Source: Thalia democratica (lineage: Eukaryota). From it: a DNA stretch of 64,000 nucleotides. Of the stretch, positions 1 through 11,190 are shown piece by piece. The stretch spans positions 15,190,001 to 15,254,000 of the forward strand of contig OZ241829.1 in NCBI GenBank assembly GCA_965202585.1, written 5' to 3'. Each line of letters starts with the position of its first letter. Positions within the stretch are counted from its first letter, which is position 1. The translations under genes were made by a program, and so were the position numbers. The notes below the pieces were generated by a model, which did not search any database, had not been told where the DNA came from, and was given only the letters and a program-made list of their open reading frames with translations.

Positions 1-3000
1 AGCTAACACATTTTGTTAACTTACCAAAAACTAATTTTTGGAAGCTTAATTTGAAAGCCTGAGTGGATAGGTGTCACTTTTGCACAAAAGATCACTTTTG
101 CACAAGCAGTAACTGTTGAACATGCTCAGCCTTAACCCTGATCATGACCCTAACTATAACATTAAACTATGAAACCCTGACCTTAGCCCTAACCTTGTAC
201 AAAAGTAACCTGTTTCCTTACTCGTACACTATGAAATTTTTTAAAAACACAGTTAACTATTGTAAAAGTAGCAATTGTCTGTAAAAATTTCCTACTACTT
301 TTAAACTTTCAAAACAAAACCAAGCCATACAGATATAAATAGTATAGAGAATAATCCTATATAAGTAATTCAGGTGTCTTTGTGTAGTTGTTGAAGACCT
401 TAGTTTTGACATAAAATATATAGTATTTTGAACAAATAATGAGAAAAGCTGGCCATATTTAAAATTAACATAACTTGTAGAATACTCTTAAAACAAATAA
501 TTTTGAAAAGAAGAAATCAGCTTTACCAAATATAATATAAAACTTATATCAGTCACAAAAATGTCAATTTTCACCTGACAGCCAAATGACTTAAACTTTT
601 CTAATTGATTCCTGTTAGCTTTTCTGTTTAATAAAATCATGATTATACTACAATAGTATTGTATTTTAAATTAAAGATTTATAAAATTAATATTTTTAAA
701 TTCTTTTTTGCATTAAACCTCACCCAAGGTTGAGCATCTACACTATGACTTTTCTTATTGATAGAAATTTTTATTTAAAAAATGTCAAAAACTGTTATAT
801 AGTTTAAGGTCTTATGAGGATGAAGCTCTTTTACACGTGATGATCTTATTTTTAACATGTTTTTTTAACTTATTTGTCAGTTGCTTACCATTTTGTAATA
901 TTTAAATTAGTTTTTGATATATAAGCAGAGTTCCCCTTTCACTATAAATTCCTATAACTCCCTATAAATTTGCAATATTCTGAAAAATCTCAAGAAATCC
1001 CTAGAAAAAATTAAAAATATGTGAAATACCCTAGAAATTAGGTTTTTTGCTTGGTGATTGAAATTTAAAAGCCAAAACAGCAAACTGCATGGTGAAAAAA
1101 CACATTAAAATTTTTTGCATAACCTAACAGATAACATTTTTCTTTTTTTTACCATATAAAATACACTTTATCTAAAGTTTGCTTAATTGACTAAAATTAG
1201 AGCTCAAAAACCCTTGCTCTTATGTAAATTTCTTATTAAGACTGTGGTTATAAACAGTTAATGACATATTTTACTTTAAAAACCTTAAAAATATGTTTAT
1301 AAAGTTTAAAATCCATGTTTTTTTTTGATAAATTCCCTATAATTTTTTTTAATTAATTTTAATTGGAACCCTGTATAAGGGTATAAGGTAAATTTGGAGA
1401 ATTTAATATTTTTCTTATGGAAGGACCAAGGTAAAGAAGACTAATTCATTAAAAATCTACCTCCTCCTACAGTTTTTAAGCTATAGTTCTGAATATTTCT
1501 CATCTTAATTTTAACAATGCTATTGTAACAATTTTTTTAGTTTTGAGTAAAACTGTCTTTTCCAAAAAAAAAAAAGGATTACAACTTTATTTTGGTTGCA
1601 AACATCTTGAATACTAATTTTTATTGTAATCATTGCAGTGGGATTTTTTCTATTATTGTAGGAAACATTTTGTGAAAATTTTAGTTTTAGTTGATAAAAA
1701 ATAACAACAAAAAAGATTCTAGTAATTTCTTAAAAGTTCCAAGAAACTGGCAATGAAAAATTTCTTTTTGAATTTGTATCACAATTTTTTTACTCAATTG
1801 ACTATATTTCAAAGGCTAATTTTTTTATACTCTGTGAAAAGTATCTTGTAGTATATAATGTTAGCTTAATAATGTTGTTAAGGGCTCAAGTTAAATTTTA
1901 TAAAAAAATATACTGAACCCCCTATGGCCTTAAATGAGTCTCATTTGAATTTAAAAAAAAGTTTAGACTTAAGTATTTTTTAATGCTTGAGCTTTTTAAT
2001 TAACTTTTTGATTAAAAAAATTTACCTTCCACAAAATTTTTTGTATGTAATCTAATAAATCAAAATTACCAAAGTTTGTAAATTAAGTACACCTACAGTC
2101 ATATATTATAAACCAATACCTCTTAGACTATTTATTAAACTGAAATTATTAACAAACTTTAATAATACAGTTTTTTAGAATAAACAAACATATATTAATC
2201 TGCTTGAAATTAAAATAGAATTAGATTTTAATAAATGTTAAATAGAATAAACAAATGAAAAACTTATAGAAAAGTGTGTATTTATTATCTAAATAAAAAT
2301 AACAAAAAATAAGACTAATTTATTGATATTTTTCCTATTTTTACTGACTGTTTAGCAGTTTTTTGTTAGCTTTTTATGTTCATTAAAAATTTCAGTCAAA
2401 ACCTATGTTAATTTGAATGAATTTACACTTTTAGTCATTCAAGATGATAAAGACTTATTATAAGCTCATATTCTGAAGTTTAATGCATATTTTATTAATT
2501 TTTCCACAAACTATATCAAACATGTTTAATTACTGACAGTTTTAAAATTTCCAGTTTTAATAGAATGCTTCTTTTTGATCTCATATCAATTTACTCGCAG
2601 GTTTAAGAAGTTTCAAGTAGCAAGTTGGTCGACCCCTTGTTGGTTCACCTGGTTTCATGTACCAACAGAGTTCTCTCCATGTATCAACAGAACATTTCAT
2701 TAAGTGTGGAGAAACACCTTGTACAAGCTGCTTTGCGAGGTCTGAAAGGTTGTTTCGTTTCATAAAATCAAATTGCTTGTGTATCAAGATACTAAAACTT
2801 AATCGTTATAGTTTTCATGTTGTTTTTGGTGGCTCACCTAGTTTCATGTACCGATGTAATCTCTCGTCAACACCTTTCATTAAGTGTGGAGAAACACCTT
2901 GTACAAGCAGCTTTGCCAGGTCTGAGAGGTTGTTTCGGTCATGAATTTAAATTGCTTTTGTATCCAGAGACTAAAACTAAGGTATTATATCTAGATTAAT

Positions 3001-3612
3001 TTTATAATTAATGCATTCAAATAGTTTTGTTCAATTTTAGTATACAAAAATTTTTTTTTGTCAAATCTTGGTTAAAGAAGTAGTACGTATACTATTATTA
3101 ATATTTTTAACCCTTATATGATAGCTGTATAACAATTGATACACTAGTAAATATACTTTAAATCAATCAATCCTTTCCCAATTTGCGTTAGTTAGTAAAA
3201 ATTTAAAAAATGCATCTATTGTTGGTGGTGTTAAATTTAACTATTATATAAATCTTTAATGATATCTTCTTTTTTTTTTGCAAAGAACCTTGCAATAATA
3301 CCAACGTTTTAGTTGAAAATTTTTCCAGCTCTATATTTTGCTAAAGCTTTTTTTTCAGTGTCATTTAAAGATAATGAAATATATTAGGCTGATTTGGATC
3401 TTTAGACAGTCCAGAGGTATAATTTGATGCCAATGTACAAGAAATATTGTAATTAAGTTTCTCTTTTCAATCTGTTAGAAATTATTTTTATTCCTAAATT
3501 GCAGATACAAAATAATATGAAAAAATAATGTTAAATCTTCTCTTTTGAACAACCTTCTTTACTATTGGATTTCCTTTTCCTTTGTGGGTATTTAATTATT
3601 TTTGAAGTTATT
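1..3612. repeat. Interspersed repeat R1, copy 1 (runs off window start); direct copy at 42861-46253
   Basis: Colinear similarity, from agctaacacattttgttaacttacc (1) = agctaacatattttgttaacttact (42861) through gaagttatt (~3612 / ~46253). No recognisable ORF; class unknown. Confidence 0.9.
926..1373. mobile_element. hAT-like MITE nested in R1 (second copy 43781-44226)
   Basis: Terminal inverted repeats CAG(A/G)GTT(C/T)CC ... GGAACCCTG, subterminal aaattcc(c)tataa repeats, and tataag on both flanks in copy 1 (imperfect TSD). Confidence 0.5.
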
Positions 3613-3630
3613 AATGTTTTTAAAAACACT

Positions 3631-4260
3631 GGTATTTATGCAGTTGAACTTACTCTGAAGACTTCTGTGCCAGCCTTCTGTGCCAGCCTTCTAGAGCATT
3701 GTTAGTTCGATGCTCTCCTGACAGTGTTTGAAGGTACACATTCCATAATGAAATAGGGAATAAGGGCTGACAGTTGCTTCCAGAAACTCCCACCAAGGTA
3801 TCTTCAAAATATGCAAAAAGAGGCAGAGTTCTTTAATCAAACTGATTAGATTGCCTCATCATCTTCAGGGACAAACGCCAATGCACTCATTTGCCTAATT
3901 GAGTGGGCAAAATCTCCATTCTCCTTTTCATATGGTTGCTTTAAGCTGAGTTCTATTACTTAACAATATATGAACAGAGTGAAGTAAAAGAAACAGCCTT
4001 CAGCAATACTATTGATGTTTTCATAAAATATATTAATGACAGCCCTTTCAAAATCAGTGTGCCATTCAAAAGGTCTTAAGACTTACATTATCAAGTAGTG
4101 CATTAATCATAGTCCTATATGTAGCTTCCCTTTTATTAGGTAACAAACAATACACTAAGGGAACTACTGAACCGTAGCATTTACCTTGTATGGTATACAG
4201 CTGGGGAAAAAGGCTTCCAGAATACGTAACTGAAAAGATTTCTCGGTCAAAATCAAACTA
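3631..4260 (-). mobile_element. Decayed MULE/Mutator transposase remnant
   Basis: Manual minus-strand translation gives FPQLYTIQGKCYGSVVPLVYCLLPNK, TDFERAVINIF..EGCFFYF, QMSALAFVP, AYFEDT and PISLWNVYLQTLSGEHRTNNALEGWHR, all MULE transposase motifs. Stops and frameshifts present. Confidence 0.8.
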
Positions 4261-4545
4261 AAAATTGTCTTCTTTATAATTTTTCGCACACTGATCATTG
4301 TTAATCAAGTGTTGTGCAATCACAGAAATTTTTTTTTGCAGATTTTCAACTGAAGGCTTATTTTGGTGATGGAATTTGGACTTCCTTGCTTTTTTTGCCA
4401 TAAACCTGGTTATTTTAAAACCTGGTTGTTTTGTTTATATGTTTTTACCTGTTTTGTTCACCTTGATAATTTAAATTGACAACAAGTAACATAGTTTTTA
4501 TAGTATTGTTTGACTCAAATTCACTCTTTTTTACTGTTGCAGTTA

Positions 4546-4860
4546 TTAAATTATAAAAACAAAAAGTTTAAGATAAATAAAAATCAACAAACCCAGAAAA
4601 CTGCATCCTGATTTGTCTATGCTTTCATCCATGTAAAAACTACAACTCTTTCCCACCATGTCAGTTATAATAAACTTTCTGAATATTGGTGCAAGAAAGT
4701 TAAGTACAATTTTTGTACATTTTGTTCGTTTTAAGGTAGCTGTGTCATGAACACTACCTATTTTCTTCATAACATCTACTAGGTGTGTGCCACTTTTCGA
4801 CATAATAGGTTTTAAGTTTGTAGAAAGGCTTAGAAATATTTTATTTCTAGTACCATGCAA
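4546..4860 (-). mobile_element. hAT-family transposase fragment (DUF4371/ZBED-type region)
   Basis: LKRTKCTKIVLNFLAP...SFYMDESIDKS..FLG resembles the hAT motif KCT.I..N.LAP...FS..IDESTD.S containing the first catalytic Asp. Confidence 0.6.
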
Positions 4861-5248
4861 ACATGGTACAAGACATTTTGCATATTTTCATTACTTTCTT
4901 CTCTCAAGTTTCTTGCACACAGCGTTCAGATGATCAAGTTTGACGTCAGGCGACTCAAGGAGCAGTCGGTTAGCGAATTGAGAATAACAGAACAGGACGC
5001 CTTCGTGACTGATAACGTCATGCTTGAATTTAGTCAACTTCTAACCGGAGTTCGAAAATTTTCAATTATTTTAACTGCTAGTTTTTGATGAGTTTTACTC
5101 ATATATTTTCAATTTTTCAACATTTTCTATTATTTAATAACGTTTTTAATATGTAAAAATCTTGATTATTTTTAGCTTAAAAAACAGTGCTTCTGCTGCA
5201 TTGTTATTTGGTAAAAATTTAATTTGTTAATTTTTTTTACAATCTTCT

Positions 5249-6179
5249 TTATTGATCAACTTTCTGGAAGATCATGTCGTTCAAAATTATTCCAGGAAAG
5301 ATTTTAAATTTTGATATCTTTGATACTCAACATTTAAAATACAAAACTAATTTAAGTATTGTCAAAAGTTGATCCTGTAAAAACTTACTTGTTGATAAAT
5401 AAAATGGTTAACTTGCATCTTCTACACCTTTTCAAATTTATTATTTTTGAAAAACTCTTCTTATATGTGCTCGGGTTCGCGAACAACGTCAACCAATTCG
5501 AATGAAGTTTCAGTGATCCGTTGCGGAAAAAGTTTTTTAAAAATTTACTAAAGAGGCCTTAAAAAACAGAAAATATGAGATCTTAAAATTTAGCAAATTA
5601 CAATGTAAGGATCATCAGCAGAGAAATCATCGAAAATGTACACCACTTTAGTGACATCTTTGCATACTTCTCTGATCTTCTCTTCTAGCCAGAACACTAA
5701 TTTCCAGATGGGCTTTTTCCGGTTCCAGTTGCCTACACTCAGGGCTACAATGTGGTGGTGTTTGTCCCATGGAAATAAATTATGTATAAAATTATAATTT
5801 TTTAATCTAGATGTTTATTTGTGGCAACAAACTAACCTGATTGTGGCAACAATGGCAACAGAGTATCGTAGTAGAGACATTTTTTCGTTATTGTATAAAG
5901 CATTTTTTCGCCGTCCTCATGCTTTAAGGCTCTTTTTATACGCTGTTAATTTATGATTTTGTTTAAAACACAATCTCTTGAATATTGTCAAGAATGAGCA
6001 TATCTCATACAAACTTATGTTAAGTTTACAGTTTAAGAAATACCTGAGTATATTCATTTACAGGGATATAAGCGAATTGCAGCAGGTCTCTAACAAGAGT
6101 TCTTCTTTGTTTCAAATGTGGTTTTGGCGGGCAGCTCGTTTTGCAAACGGCTCTAACTGCAAATCCGAATGCAGAAGAC
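5249..6179. repeat. Repeat X, copy 1; direct copy at 50887-51817
   Basis: attgatcaactttctggaagatcatgtcgttcaaaatta ... ccgaatgcagaagac is colinear in both places. Confidence 0.9.
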
Positions 6180-6448
6180 CTGTATCCTTTTTATTTCGAG
6201 TGTTATAGCAATCAAATTATTATTAAAAAAAAGAATTACAAAAAGTAACCTCAGTATTAGGTCTTCATTCCTAGCTGCTTAGCGTACAATTCTATCCCCT
6301 TCCTTCTGATGTTTTTCAGCGGTTTCACAACGGTTTAAAACGGGAGAGATTCTGTTTCGTGTTCTGATTATTTTTCAGTATTTTTTTACTCTTGTTTACT
6401 TAACTTAAATTTACATCAATAAGTTTAAGATATTGTTTACCAACTGAA

Positions 6449-6594
6449 ATACTAGTTTCCATAAAACGAACAGTTCTAAGCAACAAACCTGTTGCTAGGC
6501 AGCAGTTGGTTTTAAGATCACAGTCACCGATTGACGACAGCATTTTTTTGTATATTATGCAGGCCATTTCCCTTCTGATGTCCCAGGAGTTTAT
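6449..6594. repeat. Repeat Y, copy 1; direct copy at 53124-53283
   Basis: atactagttt(c/t)cataaaacgaacagttctaagcaacaaacc ... cccttctgatgtccc(a)gagtttatg is shared. Confidence 0.85.
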
Positions 6595-6830
6595 GATCAG
6601 AGTTGATCAGAGTTTTGCATCTCCTAGAGGAATAGAAGAACAGTTCTTCAGAGTTTCCTCTACCCCCGTGTTTAAGACTTTACCATTTCTGATTTTTCCT
6701 CAGGGTTTACTCCCGAAGCCTTTGCTTAGCCAAAAGCAACCACAAGGCAGTGGTGGTCGGCAAAGGTTTTACAGAGCTGATGCTAAATCAGCTCCAACCC
6801 CAAGGGGAGATCATGAAAGTTCTTCAGGGA
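6595..6830 (-). mobile_element. RTE-type LINE 5' UTR fragment (copy of 56158-56382)
   Basis: Near-identical to 56158-56382, which runs on into an RTE endonuclease ORF. Contains gggagtaaaccctgaggaaaaatc on the minus strand. Confidence 0.6.
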
Positions 6831-6851
6831 TCTTCTGTGTCATCTTTGTGA

Positions 6852-7777
6852 TCATCTTTTGAAAACCGTAATTTTGTTTCCTTTTACCATTCCAATAGAA
6901 TCAGGAGAGTCTTCGTCTAATATTTCCTTATCATTCAATAGAAAACGAACACTATTTTTTTCAACATCTTTTGTGTTGCAGTAGTTCTCAAATAAGCTTT
7001 TAAATTGAGCGTGTTTAAATACTTCATAGCATAATCGTCCATTGTCTAATTCTAATTTTCTCACACCTTCATCAACAACTTCATTAAAAATATCAGATGT
7101 TTTACAAGGTGCATCAGAAGTAGACGATTGTGAAAAGTGATTATCACTTTTGTAAGTAATAAGATAATCAAATTCGTCATCTTCAACAAGAGCATCGTTA
7201 CAAATGAGTTCAGAACGATAGTGTTCTTCATCATACAGCCTTTTTATAACTTCAAACTCGTTTCATTTTTCATTCAAAAAGATCTCGGGGTGTCATGCTC
7301 AAAGAATTCTGTTTCGTTGATAACAAAAGAAAATTTCTCTCGTTCAAGTCCTTTAGCCTCACAATAGTCCTGTATTAATCTTCTTAACTTAGTGTCATCA
7401 TTAATTTTGTAACTATGCGATCCGTCATCAAGAATAGTTTTGCTTAGTCCCTCATCAACGTAAGTGTGGAAAATATCATCAGTATTATCGAGTTTATCCG
7501 AAGTAGTTGTTGAAGGCTGTGAGTCAGTTTCTGTATTATCAAGTTTATCCGAACGACTTGCTGAAGGTTGTGAGTCAGTTTCATCGACATTACTTGATGC
7601 AGCTTCTATTTCCATGTTTTCTTTCTTCTTTGAATTTTTTCTCCAAACATCTAGACCATTCATTTTTTTCCATTCTTCAAAGAATGATCTCGGTCGAGCA
7701 GTGAAGTGCTTTTTTTTCCGACGATACGGATTTAAAAATTCAAATGCCTCAAGTTCTTCAAGGAAATTAAAATTCAT
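6852..7777 (-). pseudogene. Tandem SUMO-like-domain protein (Rad60/Esc2/NIP45-like architecture), copy A
   Basis: SLD1 YKINDDTKLRRLIQDYCEAKGLEREKFSFVINETEFFEHDTPRSF; SLD2 KSLFENYCNTKDVEKNSVRFLLNDKEILDEDSPDSIGMVKGNKITVF. Premature TGA at 7274-7276 and a 1-nt deletion near 7260 relative to copy B. Confidence 0.75.
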
Positions 7778-7829
7778 ATCTATGCTAATTAACTTATTAG
7801 TTTTTTTATTCAAATAGAATCAAACAATA

Positions 7830-10340
7830 AAACCATAAAGTTTACTATTATTAATAACCATAAAACCATATTATACTTTTAGTCTTAAAAGGCAAATTTT
7901 TAATGATGAGTATATTTTTGTTAGAAAACTTTACCTAGTTTCGTCAAACTTTGATCATATTTTTATGACATTTCCAAGGTAACAAAGTCAACGTTGTCAT
8001 TTCGATCTAAGAGCTTAAAAATTTGATCTTAAATGAAAATTTTACACTGATTGTAAACTCAACATAAGTTAATGTATGAAAACAGACTATGTACTACATC
8101 GTAATTATATTAGTACCAAAAACTTTCGTTTAAAAGTATCTGGTGTTTAAAACTATATTTTAAAGCCTCAAATATTATTAGGATTTGAAAAAAAAGTTTT
8201 AACCTCTCTCTTAAGCAGTAAGTTCGCCTCTATCCTTCATTTGATCTTTTATATGCATTGGTGAATTCACTCGCTTTAGTTAAAATTTACTTATAAATAC
8301 AGTTACTAACGAGCAACATTCACATGTTTTTGTTTTTGTGCACTTCATATTCAGTTTTAAACAGTTGTTTGAGAGATTGAAATATGAATTTTGTATTTTA
8401 TAGAAGAAACAGTTTTATATGTATCTCTTGTGACCCATGTACTGTTTTGTGTTGTTTTACATTCAGCCCGATTTTTAAGCTGATAAAATCAGTACTAGCT
8501 GTAGACTACAATATATTTCGCAGTTTAGTATAAAAATGAAATAAACAAGCATTAAGTGCTAAGACTACAGAATTAATTTTTTATAACACCGAAAGTAAAA
8601 AAGATTTTTCATATCCAGCTTTCGTCATTTTGTGAATATTTTTATACTAAGTTATCTTCATTAACAATTTTTTATTCAAGTGTATTCATCAATAGTTTTG
8701 GTAACACTTGTATCCTCGTCAAAATTTCAGCAAGCATCGACTTGAAGATTATCATTCATGTTCTTGGGAGCCATTTTTTGCTTGTATTTTTTTTTATAAG
8801 TTGTTTGTCAACAGATACGTCTTTAAGTTTGAAGTTTGCTGATAACGGTTGGTAGTTTTTCTCTTTTAGCAGTCCTACTTTTTTATTTTTCAACTTTTAT
8901 GTTAAGTTACAGTTCAGTCACTGTACTTCATTGATGTGAAGACTATTTTATCAGTTGATTAACTAGCTTTATCTACCTTTTTTTTTTATTGTAGCCTGTT
9001 GCTTAAACCTGCATTCCCTTACTAATCTGTATCATATGTTAGGAAGTACTAGTCAAAACATGTGCTGTTTTTTTATATATAATGATAATGTGATGTTATA
9101 GCCAGCATGCACAGGAAGTGGTATTCCATATTTAGCAGTCACCTCAGATAAATGAGATCACGTAAACCGTAGAAAAATCTTCTGCCTCTAAACTTCATCT
9201 AAATCAGTTCTACAAGTTGCTTGCAATACATCAAAATCTTGGCAGTGTATAGGCTCGCCGCGTTGGTACGTGTGCCATCTACTGCTCCGCGTGAAAGCTA
9301 ACATCTTAGAGAAGGCCTCATTAATGAGACCCCCCGTATAGATTCCACTACCAAGATAGACAAATTTTCTTTTTAAGAAAGTCATCTTGGACATGTGCAA
9401 AAAATAAGGTTCTTCATCCGTCTTTGCTCCGATTGTAACATTCATCCCAAAGCGTTTTCTCACCAGCCGTTTAAAGATGTTGAATTTAAACCAACCCCTT
9501 GCGGATTCATTAACAATAACAATAATGTCGTCCCCATAGATAGCAAGGGAAAAATACTCCTTGAACATCTCATAGGTGAGATGCTTACTCACCGCTTCCT
9601 TATAAGCTAATCTAGCAGTGGTATTGTTAATGGCAATATTTATGATTGAATTGTCGGGGGCAGTACCTGGTTGGCCTGAAATGTGGCCAGATGGCAATTG
9701 ACAAAGGACGTTGTTAACAAGACATAAGGGTTGCCGGAGTGCAGTAAAAAACCCGTTGCGAAGTAAATCATCTTCCGGCTTCCAATTAGGGTCAAAACGC
9801 CGATACAGCGTATTATAAAGATATGAAAAATTGTTCCTTCACAGTAATGTCGAATACCTTATAGTCAGCGTCAAATCCATAATGTCCATTCCGGGTTAAA
9901 TCTTTATAGAGATAGTTCCACTCAATAGATTGCGGGACTACGCCAATTGGGTGGTGGGACAGAGTTTCCGCCAAGAGGTTATGAAGGGCGCCGTTATACC
10001 TACGACCAACAATAACACCGTCAACAGGACAAGCACAAAATATGCGGGGTTTCCCAACTTTCTCAATAGGTCTGGCCTCATCTTTAAGGCAAGCAGTAGC
10101 TATCATCACTGTGCGTCGCTCGGCCTTACATTCGTTAATAAAATGCGAAATCTGAAATAAATATGTATATTTCTTTAGGTTTTCCATTTGTGGATTTAAA
10201 TATTATACTTGAAAACTATTTTTTTTTAATAGAAATCTATTTTTTATTTTTAGTTATACTGGAAACAAACTTTACTACAACAAGGACACAAGTATCCCTG
10301 TAGTATTTCGCTCTTGTCCTTTTTCTTATTTCTCAATTTT
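7830..10340. repeat. Repeat module W, copy A (7830-9096 and 10163-10340, interrupted by the RdRp insert); other copies 50140-50760, 57420-58850, 60280-60570, 61720-62760
   Basis: Shared blocks such as gtaacaaagtcaacgttgtcatttcgatct, gttcgcctctatcctt, cagcaagcatcgacttgaaga and cttaggttttccatttgtggatttaaa. Confidence 0.85.
9097..10162 (-). pseudogene. Endogenous viral element: picorna-like (+ssRNA, Picornavirales-type) RNA-dependent RNA polymerase fragment
   Basis: Motif F LKDEARPIEKVGKPRIF, PIGVVPQSIEW, motif A FDADYKVFD, motif B SGQPGTAPDNS, motif C YGDD and motif E TFLKRKF, in correct order. ORFs 9813-10187 and 9188-9697 are joined by one frameshift near 9816-9839, bridged by YNTLYRRFDPNWKPEDDLLRNGFFTALRQPLCLVNNVLCQL. 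GC is visibly higher than the flanks. Confidence 0.93.
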
Positions 10341-10974
10341 TAAACACACATAATTACAAATAGTACAAACGAAACACCAATTTACTAAATTATTCACATC
10401 GTTTCATGTATAAATATTCTGTTTAAGACACCATATTTCTGCTTCTTCCTCTGCTGGCCATCCGAACGCAGCCAGAACACCTTCCTCCTCCTTTTTTTTG
10501 TATTGCAGATTTTTAATTTTATATTTTATTTATTAAAAAAAAATTTAAAAAATAAAATTGGTGATCGCAGCTTGATCTTGCACAATTGTTATAATCTTTT
10601 CTTAAAACTGCCTTACAAATTCTGTGATCCTACGTGGTTCTTATTCAACAATATTTTCGTATAGAGATGCTTGACGTTTCAATACAATGTCCAACTATTC
10701 ATCTGTGGCAACCCTCAAACTTATGAACAGCTTCCTTTATTTTAAACCCTTTGTAGCTCTTGCTGTCTTAATTTTTCTTTTCAAAATGTAATTACAATCT
10801 GAAAACACAAAACACAATAACTTTCACCAGACAGTACAGATCAGGTAATCTTTCTTCTTTCCAGTTTTATCTAAAACTAGCGGAACGTTGGTGGGATCCA
10901 TCAACGAACAGACAATTAGTTTCTTTATTTGAGTTTGGTAAGGCGTTGAGTTTAAAGGTTAAATATGATGAAAT

Positions 10975-11190
10975 TAATTAAACCGTAAGTTTGCTAATCT
11001 TAATATCACTAAAGCGTTGAGCAAAACATTTCCCATTTGATATTGCCACTTATTTTTTGTATAATTCATAACAGAAAAATCACGCTCAATCCTGGCGTTG
11101 CTAAAAGGTTTTTTTTAAAACTTAACCATCAACTCACACAATTCTTTGTACTTTTTTAAACCATCTTTCCAGAATTTTACGGTTGTAAAA
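10975..11190 (-). mobile_element. hAT transposase C-terminal dimerisation-domain remnant (copies 59270-59490 and partial 63940-64000)
   Basis: KFWKDGLKKYKELCELM...SNARIERDFSVMNYTKNKWQYQMGNVLLNAL matches the hAT consensus FW...SNA..ER.FS.MN..K.K.RN....LL.AL. Confidence 0.75.

Noticed and set aside
130-200. Telomere-like TAACCC motifs (also ~43005-43045)
   Set aside because: Degenerate and non-tandem, and part of the interior of repeat R1; not an interstitial telomere array.
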